A stretch of 63,975 nucleotides of DNA, the filler included, from Acidimicrobiia bacterium (GTDB taxonomy: Bacteria > Actinomycetota > Acidimicrobiia > Spongiisociales > SHLN01), in assembly GCA_041619515.1 (NCBI GenBank). It is 3 parts of 3 records of this genome, joined end to end, with 100 filler letters (N's around TTAATTAATTAA, not from the genome) between each part and the next. Parts side by side here need not be neighbours in the genome. Positions count along the whole stretch, not along the records: positions 60,103 to 63,975 come from JBFKDW010000130.1; 2 more parts are not named here. One strand, 5' to 3'. Of this stretch, positions 62,139 to 63,975 are shown piece by piece. Within the stretch, counting starts at the first letter, position 1. Each line of letters opens with the position of its first letter. The notes under the pieces were generated by a model, which was not told the origin of the DNA, ran no database searches, and saw nothing but the letters and a program-made list of their open reading frames with translations. Both the position numbers and the translations under genes were made by a program.

Positions 62139-63146
62139 TCAGCCGCCGAAGTCGATCACGACTTTGAGAGATGACTCATCTGCCACCGCCTCGAACGCCG
62201 CTCGAGCCTCGTCGGCTGCGAACGTATGGGTGACGAGGTCCTCGAGGGCGAGCCGTCCCGAGGCGGCGAGGTCGATGCCGGCGTCGTAGTCGGCGGGCAG
62301 CGCCGCCCGCGGGTTGTAGACGGTCAGCTCCTTGTGGTACAGCTCGTAGTACGGCAGGCCCTCGTCTCCGCCGGTGATCGTCCCGAAAACGAGCAGGTCG
62401 GCCCCCGTCCCCGCCAGCCGAATCGACTGGGCCAGGGTCGCTTCTTTCCCGGCCGCCTCCACGACGAGCTCGGCCCCTCTGCCGGCCGAGTAGCGATCCA
62501 TCACCTCCCCGGCGGTTTCGGGGGTGGCCGTCACCGCAGCACCGAAACGTTCGGCCAAATTCAGCTTCCATTGCGACCGTGTGATTCCGACCAGGCGCTC
62601 GACGCCCCTCGCCGCCAGCAGCTGGACGTGCAGCAAACCCGAAACACCGAGGCCGAGAACCGCCACCGTATCGGTGGGGAACACCGACACCGACCGCTGG
62701 GCGTGGACACAGGTGCCGAGAACCTGCAACAGCGATGCGGCCCGATCTGAGATCCCGTCCGCGATGACGTGCAGCTTCTCCTCCGGCACCGCCACGAGCT
62801 CGGCGAACACCCCGTCGCTGTCGCGGCCGAGCAGGCCGCCGTTGCGGCACAGATTCCCGCGTCCCCGCCGGCACAGGTCGCAGTATCCGCAGGTAGTAGC
62901 CGGATCGATCATCACGCGGGTCCCGGTTCCGACCAAGCCCCGGCTCCCGGGCTCGACGACGGTTCCGACCATCTCGTGGCCCATGACCAGGGGACGCGGT
63001 CCGGCGATCTGACCTTTGAAGACCTTGACGTCGGTGCCGCAGACTCCGGCGCGGGCGACACGGACGAGAGCGTTGGAACCCGGTTCGGGAGCGGGCATAT
63101 CGACGACATCCAACTGCGAGGGTCCGACTACCCGTATTGCCTTCAT
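62139..63146 (-). CDS. Zn-dependent alcohol/polyol dehydrogenase (MDR)
   Basis: GVCGTD, MGHEMVG, CGYCDLC...C, GLGVSG. Confidence 0.93.
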   Translation of the reverse strand: MKAIRVVGPSQLDVVDMPAPEPGSNALVRVARAGVCGTDVKVFKGQIAGPRPLVMGHEMVGTVVEPGSRGLVGTGTRVMIDPATTCGYCDLCRRGRGNLCRNGGLLGRDSDGVFAELVAVPEEKLHVIADGISDRAASLLQVLGTCVHAQRSVSVFPTDTVAVLGLGVSGLLHVQLLAARGVERLVGITRSQWKLNLAERFGAAVTATPETAGEVMDRYSAGRGAELVVEAAGKEATLAQSIRLAGTGADLLVFGTITGGDEGLPYYELYHKELTVYNPRAALPADYDAGIDLAASGRLALEDLVTHTFAADEARAAFEAVADESSLKVVIDFGG

Positions 63147-63943
63147 ACCTTCCTCCCGCTCGGGGACCATGCCCGATATCGGTCTTCGTGCCGCGCCAAC
63201 CGAAGCGGCAGTTGGAAACACTCGGAGAGTGTCGCATCCGTCAGCGTGTCGCCGATGGGTCCGTCGGCCAACACCTCGCCGTCGGCGAGCATGAGGATAT
63301 GGTCATAGCCGGGCGGTATCTCCTCGACGTGATGCGTGACGAGCACCACCGCCGGCCCGGCCGGATCGAAGGCCAGGCCAGACAGAGAGGCCACGAGCCG
63401 TTCGCGGGCCCCGAGGTCGAGCCCGGTGGTGGCCTCATCCAGCAAGAGCAGCTCGGGGCTCGTCATGAGGCTCCGAGCGATGAGCACCCGCTGCTTCTCC
63501 CCCGCCGACAACGTGTCGAACCGCCGGTCGGCCAGATGCTCGGCCTGGAGCCTGCCCAGGCGGGCGCGGGCGGTATCCCAGTCATCGTCGTCGTAATCGT
63601 GCCAGCGTGAGTCGACGAAAGCCGCATGCTTGCCGGTGACCACGATCTCGAGGGCCGGGAGGTATCCGCGAATCATGTCTGCGAGGCCCGCTCCGGCATA
63701 TCCGACCCGGCGGCGGAGCTGGCGGACGTCACCCCTGCCGTGCTCGACGCCGAGTAAGCGGACGGTGCCTCGACTTGGGGTGACATACGTGGAGGCAACC
63801 TGGAGCATGGTGGTCTTGCCGGCGCCGTTTGGGCCGAGCACCACCCACCGCTCATGCGCGCGGACCTCCCAGTCGACGGCGTTGAGGAGATGGCGCCCAT
63901 CGCGGATGACCGACACACCCTGGAGATGGATGACCTCGTTCAT
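63143..63943 (-). CDS. ABC ATP-binding protein (YlmA/ModF-like)
   Basis: [30 protein letters not shown]. Confidence 0.9.
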   Translation of the reverse strand: MNEVIHLQGVSVIRDGRHLLNAVDWEVRAHERWVVLGPNGAGKTTMLQVASTYVTPSRGTVRLLGVEHGRGDVRQLRRRVGYAGAGLADMIRGYLPALEIVVTGKHAAFVDSRWHDYDDDDWDTARARLGRLQAEHLADRRFDTLSAGEKQRVLIARSLMTSPELLLLDEATTGLDLGARERLVASLSGLAFDPAGPAVVLVTHHVEEIPPGYDHILMLADGEVLADGPIGDTLTDATLSECFQLPLRLARHEDRYRAWSPSGRKV

Positions 63944-63975
63944 GCCGGCCTCCCGCACGATTCGCCCGGACCGTG

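Overview
High-GC actinobacterial DNA, most consistent with an Acidimicrobiia-type genome or MAG (inferred from gene content and protein style, not from a search). It consists of three contigs joined by artificial N-TTAATTAATTAA-N linkers (30254-30353 and 60003-60102), so adjacency across the linkers is meaningless. Contig 1 carries the minus-strand str-S10-spc ribosomal superoperon (rpsL to partial rplO). An accessory region follows: a DUF222/HNH gene, two 3'-tRNA-fMet fragments, glcDEF, an SMP-30 pseudogene, a SHOCT + Met/His-repeat protein + two-component module, a BON/OmpA protein, a secreted EEP hydrolase, an orphan contractile tail-sheath gene, and a large Ig/cadherin-repeat membrane protein ending in a cold-shock domain coupled to a stand-alone receiver. 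Contig 2 starts with deoC and rpiB, both carrying microcompartment-type N-terminal peptides. It continues with CHAD, Kelch, phosphoesterase, pgl, a second rpiB and murA, then a vanadium haloperoxidase-CRTAC1/UnbV-M24-like operon divergent from a xylFHG-like ABC importer, sugar oxidoreductases, and a two-permease/two-ATPase FtsX/MacB-type ABC system. Contig 3 is a GntR-associated catabolic cluster. Best candidate for a novel system: the Ig-repeat/TM/cold-shock-domain surface protein plus receiver (27827-30253). Family assignments are by motif recognition only; no searches were run.
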